Positions 9,202 through 18,642 of a DNA stretch of 64,000 bases are shown one piece after another. Position 1 is the stretch's first letter. Every line of letters starts with the position of its first letter. The notes under the pieces were generated by a model. It had not been told where the DNA came from, did no database searches, and was given only the letters and a program-made list of their open reading frames with translations. Source of the stretch: Patescibacteria group bacterium (GTDB lineage Bacteria; Patescibacteriota; Patescibacteriia; JBAZBY01); assembly GCA_041671225.1 (NCBI GenBank), contig JBAZBY010000001.1:494940-558939 (forward strand), given 5' to 3'. A program made the translations under genes and the position numbers.

Positions 9202-9528
9202 ATCGCTCACTAAAGAGAGCGTCTTGAAAACAGAAACGCACATTCAAACGTAATCTCTGTGAGGAAATCGATTTCCCAGCAGAACAAACGACTAGCCAAA
9301 CCCCTTCCTTCAAGGGAAAAAACAAAACAAAAAGGGAGCGCCCCGTTCGCGGATGCAATCCCAGAGGCTGGTCAAATTGAACTTCACCTTCTGAAGGAGA
9401 GGAGAAGTGGTCATCCGATATCATATTTGTATCGCCTTCGGGCGGTGCCAGTTGGTCGGAGAAGCCTTGGGGCTTCTCGTGTACGCATTTACTCACTGTG
9501 TTGTGCGGGGCGGAAGCCCCTTTATCTT
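9202..9528 (+). ncRNA. Candidate structured non-coding RNA of unknown class (about 330 nt), bounded by promoter and intrinsic terminator
   Basis: No convincing ORF. Several UUCG-type hairpins (CGCC-TTCG-GGCG, CCG-TTCG-CGG) and GAAGCC-TTGG-GGCTTC. Terminated by GGGGC-GGAA-GCCCC + TTTATCTT. Confidence 0.3.
9507..9528 (+). terminator. Rho-independent terminator (GGGGC-GGAA-GCCCC then TTTATCTT)
   Basis: GC stem with GNRA-like loop followed by a T-rich tract. Confidence 0.5.
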
Positions 9529-9548
9529 ATACTGAAAATGATGCAATG

Positions 9549-9577
9549 TTGACAGATTGCATTTTTTCGTGTATAGT
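9549..9577 (+). promoter_or_regulatory. Sigma70-like promoter (TTGACA-17-TATAGT) for the 1586-aa surface-protein gene, leaving a roughly 175-nt leader
   Basis: TTGACA 9549-9554, spacer 17, TATAGT 9572-9577. Confidence 0.5.
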
Positions 9578-9756
9578 ACATATGAAGGTTGCAAGATATC
9601 TTCGCTCTTAAGCCGCGTTCATAAGGGGGATGCGTGCTACAAAGCACTAAAATAAAAAACAATTCGATTCAGTGGAGGACCAAGGGCCTTTTGTTTTGGA
9701 CCCTTACTTTTCCATTCGAATTATTAAACGAGAACGGCGTATTATAGCGCCGCTTT

Positions 9757-12700
9757 TTGTATATGAAACATACACGATATCAGCGCATGTTCGCATCCAT
9801 CGCAGTCATTGCGATGATCCTCATGCCACTCAGCGGTCTGCAGATCAACACCGCACAAGCAAGCGGCTTGCAAGTGACAGGCAGAGTTGTCAGCCCGAGC
9901 GGCGCAGCGCTTTCCAGCGCTGGCGGTTGGGTGCAGATCGATCCCGCTGCCGGTGGCCCAGGTTTTGGGGAACCGATTCAGAATGACGGTACGTTCACCC
10001 TGAACGGTTTAACTGCCGGCCAGTATAACGTGATGCTAAATTATGGCGGGGCTGGAGATTACACCGCACCGGCGCCGTTCCTCATTACCATTGGAGCAAC
10101 GAATGTTAATCTTGGAAATATCAAACTTGTGATGCCGGCGATCAGTGGGGTACTTTTACCGCCGTCAGGAAGTGCACCCGTCACCAATGCCTCCATCAAT
10201 CTTCGTAGTCAAGACTATACGGTGAATATATGGATCGGCACGGATCCTGTTACCGGAACATTCAAATTCGGTGGCATCAATCCGGGAACATATATCTTAG
10301 CGGCTGAAGCACCGGCCGGTAGCGGATATGCAAATGCAACTGCTGAACTGGAATATACGGGTACAGCGATCACGAATTATCAGTTGCGTCTTGCAATGCC
10401 GAACGTCAAAGGAAAGATCGTCAGCTCTACCGGTGGCTCGTTGGCATATCCGGATATGGCATGGATGAACGCGCGCCTGCACAACGAAGATTACACCATT
10501 TCTCGCGATGCAAATGTCGACCGCACGTCTCATGAATTCATCTTTGGGACTGTGCCATCAGGTTCTTACATATTGGAATTTGATGCGAATGGATTTTCAG
10601 AAACGCCTCCAACAGCCATCACCGTTTCTGTGACGAGCGGTGTATTGAAGAATTTAGGTAATATTCGGATGAGTCGGTCACAATTACAGGGAACCATTAC
10701 CGATCCGTCGGGAGATCCGGTGCAAAATGCGAATATTCAGGTACATAATGATGACTGGTCAAAGAAAGCATGGGCGAACACCGATCAAAACGGTGCATAT
10801 CGCATTGGCGGACTTGCCGCCGGTATATATACCATTGAGGTTCAGGCACCATGGGGAGGTTCTTCCGGACTTGTGTCTCCTGAACCGCAACAAGTGACGC
10901 TGACGCTGGGCGGAACGATCACAAAAAATCTCCGGTTCGTGCAGGCAACGAAGTTCCTGCGTGGAACGGTACGATATGCCGTTGGCACCGGCGCTCAGGC
11001 CGTTGTTGAAGGGGGTGTTGCCGGTGCGCAGGTGAATCTGAATAAAGACGGGGGCTTTGGCAATGCAAGCGCCACCACGGATAGTTCAGGCAATTATGAG
11101 ATCGCGCTTTCCGGCGGCATTTGGAATATGAATGTACAGCCGGCCAATTATCCCGGAGCACCGGCAGCGGATTGGTTCTATGCCGGTCCATCACTGAGCG
11201 TGACATTCGCGAACAACGGAACAATAGAAAATAAGACCATGAATGTGGGAGTTGAACGCGCAACAGCAAGCATCAAAGGAAAAGTGACAAAAGCAGACGG
11301 AACACCGGTGACGCAGGCATGGGTGGATGCAAGGAATGGTAGCGGTGCAGGACAGGGTACCAATGTACAGCCGAACGGGACCTTTACCTTGCGAGTAAAA
11401 GCAGGGACATACACCCTCAATATCTTTGGTGATCAGTCCATGACCTTTCCGGATATGCAGGTTAGTGTGAAAGACGGGGAAATAAAGAACATCGGGACCG
11501 TCACTGCAAAGACCAAAGACGCTAAGATCATCGGAAAGTTTGTTGATGCGTCCGGACGCCCGGTACAAGGACTGCAGGTCGGCGCATTCCAATTTAATGC
11601 AAAAGGATGGAGTAATGGAACATCAGATGAGAACGGCCAGTTCGTTCTTGCGGTGACTTCCGGGCGCTGGGGCGTCAACATGGATAATGGCGGCAACTCA
11701 TCGTATGTGTATTCCGGACAACCTGTTGATGTTGATGTGAAGACCGAAACCTCCACGGTGACATTTGAAGACAACCCGAGATTGGTCATGGAGCTTACCC
11801 GTGCGGATGCAACGATCCAAGGGAACGTTGTCGATACCGACGGTAATGTGGTAACGGGTTTCTGCGCATGGGCGTGGGCTCAGCCAAAGACCGCCGAGAC
11901 ACAAGGGAAAGACGGGGAATTCATGGGACAGCGGTTCGGCGGTCCGGTGAATTGTCAGAACGGGTCATTTTCCATCAGTGTGCCATCAAAAGTAGCTTCC
12001 ACATATATCATCGGCATCGATACTCCGCCGAATACGGTGTATTCCCCGGAAGGAACGCAGACGGTCGCAGTTCTTGCGGACATCACCATAACAAAGAATC
12101 TCGTCGTCAAAGCGAACGATGCGACCCTCAAAGGAAATCTTGTTGACCAGGCTGGAGATCCGGTGAAGGATTGCACAAGCCCGCGCGGATGGTTCGGGGA
12201 CGTGAATGTCTTCGGCAACGGTGGCTGGAAAGGCGGACCCATCAATCCGGATTGCAGTTTCAGCTTCTCGCTGCTTTCTGGTGAATACAACTATGGCTGG
12301 TGGATCGATGACAGCCGTTTCCTGCAAACACCTCCAAGTGATGAAAAGATCACCATCAAAGCCGGTGACAATACATTGAAGATCAAAGTCCTCCGTTCTG
12401 ATGTGACCATTGAAGGAACAGTGGTGAATCCCTCTGGCAAAGGCGTTGATGCCTATGTATGGGCAGGCAATACCGGCGGTGAAGACGAGAAACAGAACGA
12501 TGCAGACATGAACTTCGGCAAGAACATCTTTACCGGGACAAAGACAGAACAAGACGGTACATTCAGCCTTGGACTGCTCTCAGGACAAGTGTGGGAGGTC
12601 GGAACAGGTCTTCCGCAGGGGTCACAATATATGCCAGCGGAACTCTCGACGATCGATCTGAAGAATGGAAGCGCACCGGATGCATTGAGACTGAAGCTGC

Positions 12701-14517
12701 AGGAAGCATTGGGAACTCTTTCCGGTAGCGTTACCATCGGGAATTCTCCTGCGCAGTTCGGATATGTGCATTGCTGGAGTGAACAAGGCGGTTTCACCGG
12801 CGGCGAAGTCATGAATGGAAAATATGAAGTGAACTATGTACAGGGGGATTGGCACTGCCAAGCGGACAGCTTCAATGGCGACACGTTCTATCAGAGCGAT
12901 GAGGCGCTGATCACCGTCACAGACCAGAAGAGTCTGCAGCAGGACTTTACACTTGGTGAGTCTATCTTCTCAGTGCCTTCTACTGTGACGGCAACATTTG
13001 ACGCCGGGGAAGTGCGGAACATCGAACTGGAGAACGGCGTGCGCATCAACATTCCATCAGGAGCGCTTGGGGATGCCGGAACGAACGTGACGGTCACTGC
13101 TTCACCGAATGTCAACGTGAACCAGACCAAGACCGACAAATTGTTCGGCGTCGGGTATGAATTCTCCGCAAAGACCGCTGACGGAACGGACATTACCACG
13201 TTCAACAGCAATGTCACCATCATATTCCCATATACGGACGCGCAATTGGAGGAAATGGGAGTGACGGAAGATGCGCTCGTACCGAAGTATTATGACTCAA
13301 CAACGAATACGTGGCAGCTTCCTATCGGTATCACCGTGGATACGGAGAACAACACCATCTCCATTCAGACGAATCACTTCACAACATTCGGCATCATGCG
13401 TTCCGGTATCACGGGACCTTCCGGCGGTGCACAGAAGATTGTTGCGTCTGCAAAGGCAGGCGGCGGTCCGCACGTAACTGTTTGGGATGCTAACGGCGAG
13501 CTCACTGGCAGCTTCATGGCATACGCAGATACGTTCCGCGGCGGCGTGAATGCAGTCATCGGTGATATTGACGGTGACGGCGTCGGAGAAGTCGTGACGG
13601 TTCCGGATAGCGCTGCCGGCGGACAAGTTCGCGCATTTGAGCAGGACGGCACCTTTATTGGTGAAGTATGGCCCTACGGGTACGGAACCTCATGGCGCGG
13701 TACGCTTTCTCTTGCACTTGCCGATATTGATGGTGATGGCAGTGATGAGGTGATTGTTGCTCCAAAGTCCAACGGTGGCCCGAATGTCCGCACCTATAAC
13801 TTCACTGGTTCTGGATTCGGCCTTCATAGCCAGTTTAACGCGTATAACACGTCACTTCGTACCGGTATTAAAGTATACAGCGAGGATGTTACTGGTGATG
13901 GCACAGCAGAGATCGTGACCGTTCCAATGCCCGGCGCGCCAGCACACGTGCGCGTGTTGAACCAGACTGGTGGTTTGGTCGGCCAGTTCTACGCATTTAC
14001 TGAGGGGTATCGTGGCAGTGCAAACATTACCTTTGGCGACGGTGACCGGGATGGCGACAATGATCTCGTTCTTGCGCCAGCCGTTCTTGGCGGCCCTCAA
14101 GTGCGTGTTGTTGATGGTGGTGGCCAGATGATCTACCAGGAATTCCTCTGGAATTCGAACTGGCGCATGGGTTTTACAGCAGCAATTGATGACACATGGG
14201 AAGGTGGACATATGCATATCATTGCAGCGCCTTCGCAGGGTAGCGGACCACAAATGCGCGTCTGGGATATTGACCCAGGACGCCACAGTCCATATTCTCA
14301 AGGATTCGCATACAATGAATCTTTCCGTGGTGGCGTTGATGTCGTTGTCGCAGATGTTGATAGCGATGGAGTTATGGAGGCTATTACCGCCCCTGGCGCA
14401 GGAGGTGGCCCTCATATCCGCTCTTTCGAGCATGGGTTCACTGGTAGTCCAGAGCTCAACTTTATGAGCCATGCTTCAGCCTTCCGCGGCGGTGTGAACA
14501 TCGACATCGGTCGATAA
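9757..14517 (+). CDS. Giant secreted surface protein with carboxypeptidase-regulatory-like beta-sandwich repeats and C-terminal FG-GAP (integrin-alpha-like) repeats
   Basis: 1586 aa. Signal peptide MFASIAVIAMILMPLSG...AQA. Repeated GxVVxxxGxPV units. C-terminal repeats GDIDGDGVGEVVTVPD...GGQVRAF / GGPNVRTY / GGPQVRVV / GGPHIRSF. Confidence 0.8.
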   Translation: MYMKHTRYQRMFASIAVIAMILMPLSGLQINTAQASGLQVTGRVVSPSGAALSSAGGWVQIDPAAGGPGFGEPIQNDGTFTLNGLTAGQYNVMLNYGGAGDYTAPAPFLITIGATNVNLGNIKLVMPAISGVLLPPSGSAPVTNASINLRSQDYTVNIWIGTDPVTGTFKFGGINPGTYILAAEAPAGSGYANATAELEYTGTAITNYQLRLAMPNVKGKIVSSTGGSLAYPDMAWMNARLHNEDYTISRDANVDRTSHEFIFGTVPSGSYILEFDANGFSETPPTAITVSVTSGVLKNLGNIRMSRSQLQGTITDPSGDPVQNANIQVHNDDWSKKAWANTDQNGAYRIGGLAAGIYTIEVQAPWGGSSGLVSPEPQQVTLTLGGTITKNLRFVQATKFLRGTVRYAVGTGAQAVVEGGVAGAQVNLNKDGGFGNASATTDSSGNYEIALSGGIWNMNVQPANYPGAPAADWFYAGPSLSVTFANNGTIENKTMNVGVERATASIKGKVTKADGTPVTQAWVDARNGSGAGQGTNVQPNGTFTLRVKAGTYTLNIFGDQSMTFPDMQVSVKDGEIKNIGTVTAKTKDAKIIGKFVDASGRPVQGLQVGAFQFNAKGWSNGTSDENGQFVLAVTSGRWGVNMDNGGNSSYVYSGQPVDVDVKTETSTVTFEDNPRLVMELTRADATIQGNVVDTDGNVVTGFCAWAWAQPKTAETQGKDGEFMGQRFGGPVNCQNGSFSISVPSKVASTYIIGIDTPPNTVYSPEGTQTVAVLADITITKNLVVKANDATLKGNLVDQAGDPVKDCTSPRGWFGDVNVFGNGGWKGGPINPDCSFSFSLLSGEYNYGWWIDDSRFLQTPPSDEKITIKAGDNTLKIKVLRSDVTIEGTVVNPSGKGVDAYVWAGNTGGEDEKQNDADMNFGKNIFTGTKTEQDGTFSLGLLSGQVWEVGTGLPQGSQYMPAELSTIDLKNGSAPDALRLKLQEALGTLSGSVTIGNSPAQFGYVHCWSEQGGFTGGEVMNGKYEVNYVQGDWHCQADSFNGDTFYQSDEALITVTDQKSLQQDFTLGESIFSVPSTVTATFDAGEVRNIELENGVRINIPSGALGDAGTNVTVTASPNVNVNQTKTDKLFGVGYEFSAKTADGTDITTFNSNVTIIFPYTDAQLEEMGVTEDALVPKYYDSTTNTWQLPIGITVDTENNTISIQTNHFTTFGIMRSGITGPSGGAQKIVASAKAGGGPHVTVWDANGELTGSFMAYADTFRGGVNAVIGDIDGDGVGEVVTVPDSAAGGQVRAFEQDGTFIGEVWPYGYGTSWRGTLSLALADIDGDGSDEVIVAPKSNGGPNVRTYNFTGSGFGLHSQFNAYNTSLRTGIKVYSEDVTGDGTAEIVTVPMPGAPAHVRVLNQTGGLVGQFYAFTEGYRGSANITFGDGDRDGDNDLVLAPAVLGGPQVRVVDGGGQMIYQEFLWNSNWRMGFTAAIDDTWEGGHMHIIAAPSQGSGPQMRVWDIDPGRHSPYSQGFAYNESFRGGVDVVVADVDSDGVMEAITAPGAGGGPHIRSFEHGFTGSPELNFMSHASAFRGGVNIDIGR

Positions 14518-14571
14518 GTTTATTCCTTGACCCTTTGACATTTGTCAGAGGGAGAAAATCACTCTTAAATA

Positions 14572-14601
14572 CCCCACGCCTTTCCTTGCAAGGGCGTGGG
14601 G
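14572..14601 (+). terminator. GC-rich hairpin downstream of the 1586-aa gene (CCCCACGCC...GGCGTGGGG)
   Basis: 9-bp stem with 12-nt loop. The weak T-tract after it lowers confidence. Confidence 0.3.
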
Positions 14602-14658
14602 TTGCATATGAAGGAGTCACAGGGTACACTAAGTTCGTTCTATTCGTAAGATAACGCT

Positions 14659-15021
14659 ATGGAAAAGGCATTCGACCAGTCCTTTCTTGATGAAATGAAA
14701 GGCGAACTCGAAGAAGAAAAACAGCGCATAGAAGAGGAAATTGAAAAGCGCTCAATAAAAAGTTCGCGCGAGGCGGATCACCATGAACCTGCGTATGATG
14801 ATTTAGGTGATAAGACAGAAGACAATGCCACGGAGATGGCGGATTTTGATGTGACCTTCAATGTTGAGACAACACTGGAGGAACAATTGAAGCGCGTTGA
14901 GGAAGCTCTTCAACGTCTTGCGAATGGCATATATGGCATTGATGAAGAGACAGGCATGCAAATTTCAGAAGCTCGCCTGCGCGCCAATCCTACCGCTACA
15001 GTGGACATCGCACCGGAGTAG
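14659..15021 (+). CDS. DksA/TraR-family-like regulator, cysteine-free variant
   Basis: Acidic coiled-coil N-region plus C-terminal GIYGIDEETGMQISEARLRANPTA. This resembles the DksA C4 zinc-finger region but has no Cys residues. Confidence 0.5.
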   Translation: MEKAFDQSFLDEMKGELEEEKQRIEEEIEKRSIKSSREADHHEPAYDDLGDKTEDNATEMADFDVTFNVETTLEEQLKRVEEALQRLANGIYGIDEETGMQISEARLRANPTATVDIAPE

Positions 15022-15024
15022 GCC

Positions 15025-15474
15025 GTGCTTCTTATCGTTGGTATTGCGCTTTTTGGGCTCGCTGCCATAGATCAAATGGTCAAGGCATGGGTACTGCATC
15101 AACCCGACCCGATGATGATACTTCCGGGTTTTCTTGAGATACGCGCAGTAGAAAATCCAGGCATTATTTTTTCCCTTGTATTGCCACTGTGGCTCATTAT
15201 TCTTGGCAGCGTGGTAAGTGCCATACTACTTATGGTAGCACTCGTGCAGGCTCATAAGGCTGGTCATGAGCGTCTTGTAGTTTCCCTTTGTGCGCTCCTT
15301 GCAGGAGGCATGTCAAATCTATTGGATCGTTTTATGCGCGGCGCCGTTATTGATTATATTGCGCTTCCAAAGCCACTGCCCATTATTAATCTTGGGGATG
15401 TACTGGTTGTACTTGGTTTGGTGATGATGCTCATTGATGTATGGGGGAGAAGGAAAAAAGTAAAGAGTGATTGA
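15025..15474 (+). CDS. lspA: Lipoprotein signal peptidase (signal peptidase II)
   Basis: Four TM segments; motifs FLEIRAVENPGIIFS and SNLLDRFMRGAVIDYI. GTG start. Confidence 0.85.
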   Translation: MLLIVGIALFGLAAIDQMVKAWVLHQPDPMMILPGFLEIRAVENPGIIFSLVLPLWLIILGSVVSAILLMVALVQAHKAGHERLVVSLCALLAGGMSNLLDRFMRGAVIDYIALPKPLPIINLGDVLVVLGLVMMLIDVWGRRKKVKSD

Positions 15475-15532
15475 CAAGTTCTGCATGATTTTGTAATGTG
15501 CCTTTAGAGACCCGGCGGCATACCGGGTTTTT

Positions 15533-17065
15533 ATGATGACGCATATTTCAAGCGGCGCATTGCATGGCATCCGCATGGAGCCAGTGGACGTAGAGGTGGA
15601 CGTTGCAGGCGGTCTGCCTGCGGTGTATGTTGTTGGGCTTCCTGATGCGGGCGTACAAGAAGCACGAGAACGCATACGCGCAGCATTACATGCAGCAGGT
15701 GGCGTGTTTCCACGCACACGCGTTACCATTAATCTTGCGCCTGCTGATTCGATTAAACGCGGACCCCACTTCGATTTGCCTATTGCCCTTGCGTTGGCCG
15801 CGCAGACCGATGCAAGCATTGCCCGCGCCCTAGAGCAACAATGTTTTTTGGCATTTGGTGAGCTCTCGTTGGATGGGCGTCTGCGCAAGACGCCAGGACT
15901 CCTTGCCGCAGGGAAGCTCGCGGAGCAGGCACAAACAGATGCGCTCATTGTTCCTGCCGCAAATGCGCAGGAGGCGGTACGTTTTTCAGCAGTGCCAGTG
16001 TATGCGGTAGAATATCTTGGCGAGATATTGGATTTTCTTCGCGGCAGACGAACACTTACTGCGGTAAAAAAGCAGGAGCGAAAGGCAAAGGAATCATTGC
16101 CGGATATTGATTTTAGTGATGTTCGCGGGCAAGATCTTGCGAAGCGAGCGCTTCTTGTTGCCGCCGCAGGTGGGCATAATGTACGAATGGAGGGCCCGCC
16201 TGGTGCGGGGAAAACACTACTCGCAAAAGCATTCGCTGGTATTTTGCCGCACATGGACGATGGCGATGTGTATGCTGTTTCGCAGATTTATAGCGCACTT
16301 GGTCTCTTAGATAACGACGCGCCAATTGTTCAGCAAAGACCATTTCGAAGTCCGCATCACACAGCGACCGCGGCAGCATTGCTTGGTGGTGGGAGGCCGC
16401 TGAAGCCGGGCGAACTTACCCTTGCGCATCACGGCGTCCTTTTTCTTGATGAGTTCCCTGAATTCGATCGTCGCGTACTTGAGGCATTGCGCCAACCCTT
16501 GGAGGAAGGTGTGATTGTGCTTTCCCGCGCAGAGGGCACGGAGCGGTTTCCAGCATCATTCATGCTGATTGCCGCACACAATCCCTGCCCATGCGGTTTT
16601 GCAGGTGATCCTGAACGCGAGTGCGTGTGCAGTCCAAATGAGCGTGCGCGATACAAGAGAAAGCTTTCAGGTCCCGTGCTGGACCGGATTGATTTACACG
16701 TTCGTCTGCCCCGTTTGCCATATGAAGAATTACGCGGAAAGGATACCGCATCCGCTGTCTCATCGATGGAAATGCGCGAGATGGTACACGCGGCTCGTTT
16801 GCGTCAGGCAGCGCGCTACGCACAAGAGCCTTGGAAGACAAACGGAGCAATCCCGCATCGTGCGGCAACTGCATATCTTGCTTTGTCTGATGTATCCGAA
16901 GCGCTTCTGAAGAACGCAATGGAAAAGCATCAACTTTCTGCCCGCGCAGTGAGTCGTATTCTTAAAGTGAGCAGGACCATTGCAGATCTTGCCGATGAAC
17001 AACACATACAGCCGAGCCACCTTGCGGAAGCCCTGCAGTATCGTGGCGTTGTACTTAACGCCTAA
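15533..17065 (+). CDS. comM: Mg-chelatase-like AAA+ ATPase, YifB/ComM family
   Basis: N-terminal Lon-protease-like domain, Walker A MEGPPGAGKTLLAK, Walker B VLFLDEFPEF, C-terminal Mg-chelatase ChlI domain. Confidence 0.9.
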   Translation: MMTHISSGALHGIRMEPVDVEVDVAGGLPAVYVVGLPDAGVQEARERIRAALHAAGGVFPRTRVTINLAPADSIKRGPHFDLPIALALAAQTDASIARALEQQCFLAFGELSLDGRLRKTPGLLAAGKLAEQAQTDALIVPAANAQEAVRFSAVPVYAVEYLGEILDFLRGRRTLTAVKKQERKAKESLPDIDFSDVRGQDLAKRALLVAAAGGHNVRMEGPPGAGKTLLAKAFAGILPHMDDGDVYAVSQIYSALGLLDNDAPIVQQRPFRSPHHTATAAALLGGGRPLKPGELTLAHHGVLFLDEFPEFDRRVLEALRQPLEEGVIVLSRAEGTERFPASFMLIAAHNPCPCGFAGDPERECVCSPNERARYKRKLSGPVLDRIDLHVRLPRLPYEELRGKDTASAVSSMEMREMVHAARLRQAARYAQEPWKTNGAIPHRAATAYLALSDVSEALLKNAMEKHQLSARAVSRILKVSRTIADLADEQHIQPSHLAEALQYRGVVLNA

Positions 17066-18351
17066 ATGTAAGAAAGCGGGTTCAGCTTGCGACCGCCAAT
17101 GATGACTTCAAAATGGAGGTGATCACCGGTACACCAACCCGTGCAGCCCGAGATGCCAATAACCTGCCCACGACTCACCTGTTGGCCAGCACTTACGCCA
17201 AGACTTGAGAAGTGTCCGTAGAGTGTTTGCATGCCGCCGCCATGATTGATAACGATATTAAGGCCGTATCCGCCACTCCAGCCGGCACTTGTTACCGTGC
17301 CAGACTCTGCTGCATAGATAGGAGAGCGGTTACTATCAATATCAACGCCAGTGTGGCCATAGCGGAAGTATTGGTTGATGCGGTGCGAAGGCGTTGGCCA
17401 CTGTAGTTTTGCTCCAGAAATTGGCGCAGAGGGCAGGTTTATGTTGCTTGGCGATGCATTATACGCGATCGCAGTAGGCTTTGGCGGAGGTGGTGGCTCA
17501 ATTTCTCCTCCAGGAATCATCATATGTTGGCCTGCTTCAATTGCTTCAGCTGCAGGAAGAAGATTAAATGCAAGGATTTCAGCCTCGTCAGCCTTGTATT
17601 TTTTTGCAAGGCTTGCAACGGAGTCTCCAGATTTCACTTCAACGAGCACGCCGGAAACTGGTGGGATGCGGAGTTTCTGCCCCGGTTTGATGTAATTTGT
17701 TGCGGTGAGGTCATTTGCCCAGAGGATAGTATTAGTAGAAATACCAAAATTACTCGCTATAGAAGAGATAGTATCACCACCTTGCACAGTGTATTCTTCC
17801 ACTGCCTCACGCGGACGCCCGGTTGTTGAGGTATCAATAAGATTCGCCTTTACGAGTGCATCGCCGCTACCCGTGACCATTCCCGCTCCACTCGTAATCG
17901 TATTGACGAACACGGCATTTGAGGGACTTATATGTGCCGCAAGCACAGCTTCTTCGTTACGGTAGTTCTTGGGTACGTAAAAGTTTTGCGCCGTTTCTAT
18001 AATTTCCGTTGGAAAGTCAGTCCCAACCACCGCTGCGATCGCGGTGCCACGACCAAAATCCTCTGTTTGCACTTCCTGCGCGGTGATATTACTTGCTGTC
18101 ACTCCAAGCGTTACGAGGGCAATCATGATATGCAACACGTAGCGGGTGGTGAAAACATAGAGCCAGCTATTCTTTGCCGGTGCGAGGAATTTTTTGGTTG
18201 TTTGTTTGATAGGTAGGTACCACTGGTAGATGCGTACAGATAGTGGCAGCAACATGTTACGAACGAGGAATCGTATCGGAATGACCAATACAATAAAAAA
18301 GAAGAGTAGTAGACTCTTCCCGAGAAATGCCACAAGCGCCAAAAACTTCAC
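17062..18351 (-). CDS. LysM-domain M23 family metallopeptidase (peptidoglycan hydrolase), membrane anchored
   Basis: N-terminal TM segment. Two LysM repeats (YTVQGGDTISSIASNFGIS; VEVKSGDSVASLAKKY). M23 motifs GHTGVDID and GDHLHFEV. Confidence 0.85.
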   Translation of the reverse strand: MKFLALVAFLGKSLLLFFFIVLVIPIRFLVRNMLLPLSVRIYQWYLPIKQTTKKFLAPAKNSWLYVFTTRYVLHIMIALVTLGVTASNITAQEVQTEDFGRGTAIAAVVGTDFPTEIIETAQNFYVPKNYRNEEAVLAAHISPSNAVFVNTITSGAGMVTGSGDALVKANLIDTSTTGRPREAVEEYTVQGGDTISSIASNFGISTNTILWANDLTATNYIKPGQKLRIPPVSGVLVEVKSGDSVASLAKKYKADEAEILAFNLLPAAEAIEAGQHMMIPGGEIEPPPPPKPTAIAYNASPSNINLPSAPISGAKLQWPTPSHRINQYFRYGHTGVDIDSNRSPIYAAESGTVTSAGWSGGYGLNIVINHGGGMQTLYGHFSSLGVSAGQQVSRGQVIGISGCTGWCTGDHLHFEVIIGGRKLNPLSYI

Positions 18352-18642
18352 CAGGATACTGAGTGCTGTTTTGGAGAATTGAATGGAGATACTTTGTCCT
18401 TTTCCGCATCAGACACTGCCCTGCGATTTGGGTCTTTACCCCCTCCCTATGGAGTGTTCCAGAAGCCTGAAACATCACAGCAGCACCTCTATGCGATTTT
18501 GAGAACCAAGCAATACTACCCTGGTGTATATTGCCTGTCAAGGCGTTTATTTGTGCTTCAAAAACAACCTTTTTTGCTTTTCGAGTCGCTCCTGATTTGG
18601 TATACTGCAGGTGCACAAAAGGGGACTTACGAGCATTTTTGT

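Noticed and set aside
15319-16254. 311-aa ORF on the minus strand
   Set aside because: Entirely antisense to the well-supported comM/yifB ATPase gene. Ala/Arg/Ser-rich composition typical of a spurious antisense frame.
17062-17065. 4-bp tail-to-tail overlap of comM and the M23 peptidase gene
   Set aside because: Real but unremarkable convergent stop-codon overlap (TAA/TAG sharing).
18379-18642. Upstream in-frame extension of leuS (88 codons from an ATG at 18379)
   Set aside because: Orthologous LeuS proteins begin near MPRAIETKW. The extension lacks coding character and spans the divergent promoter region shared with the M23 gene.
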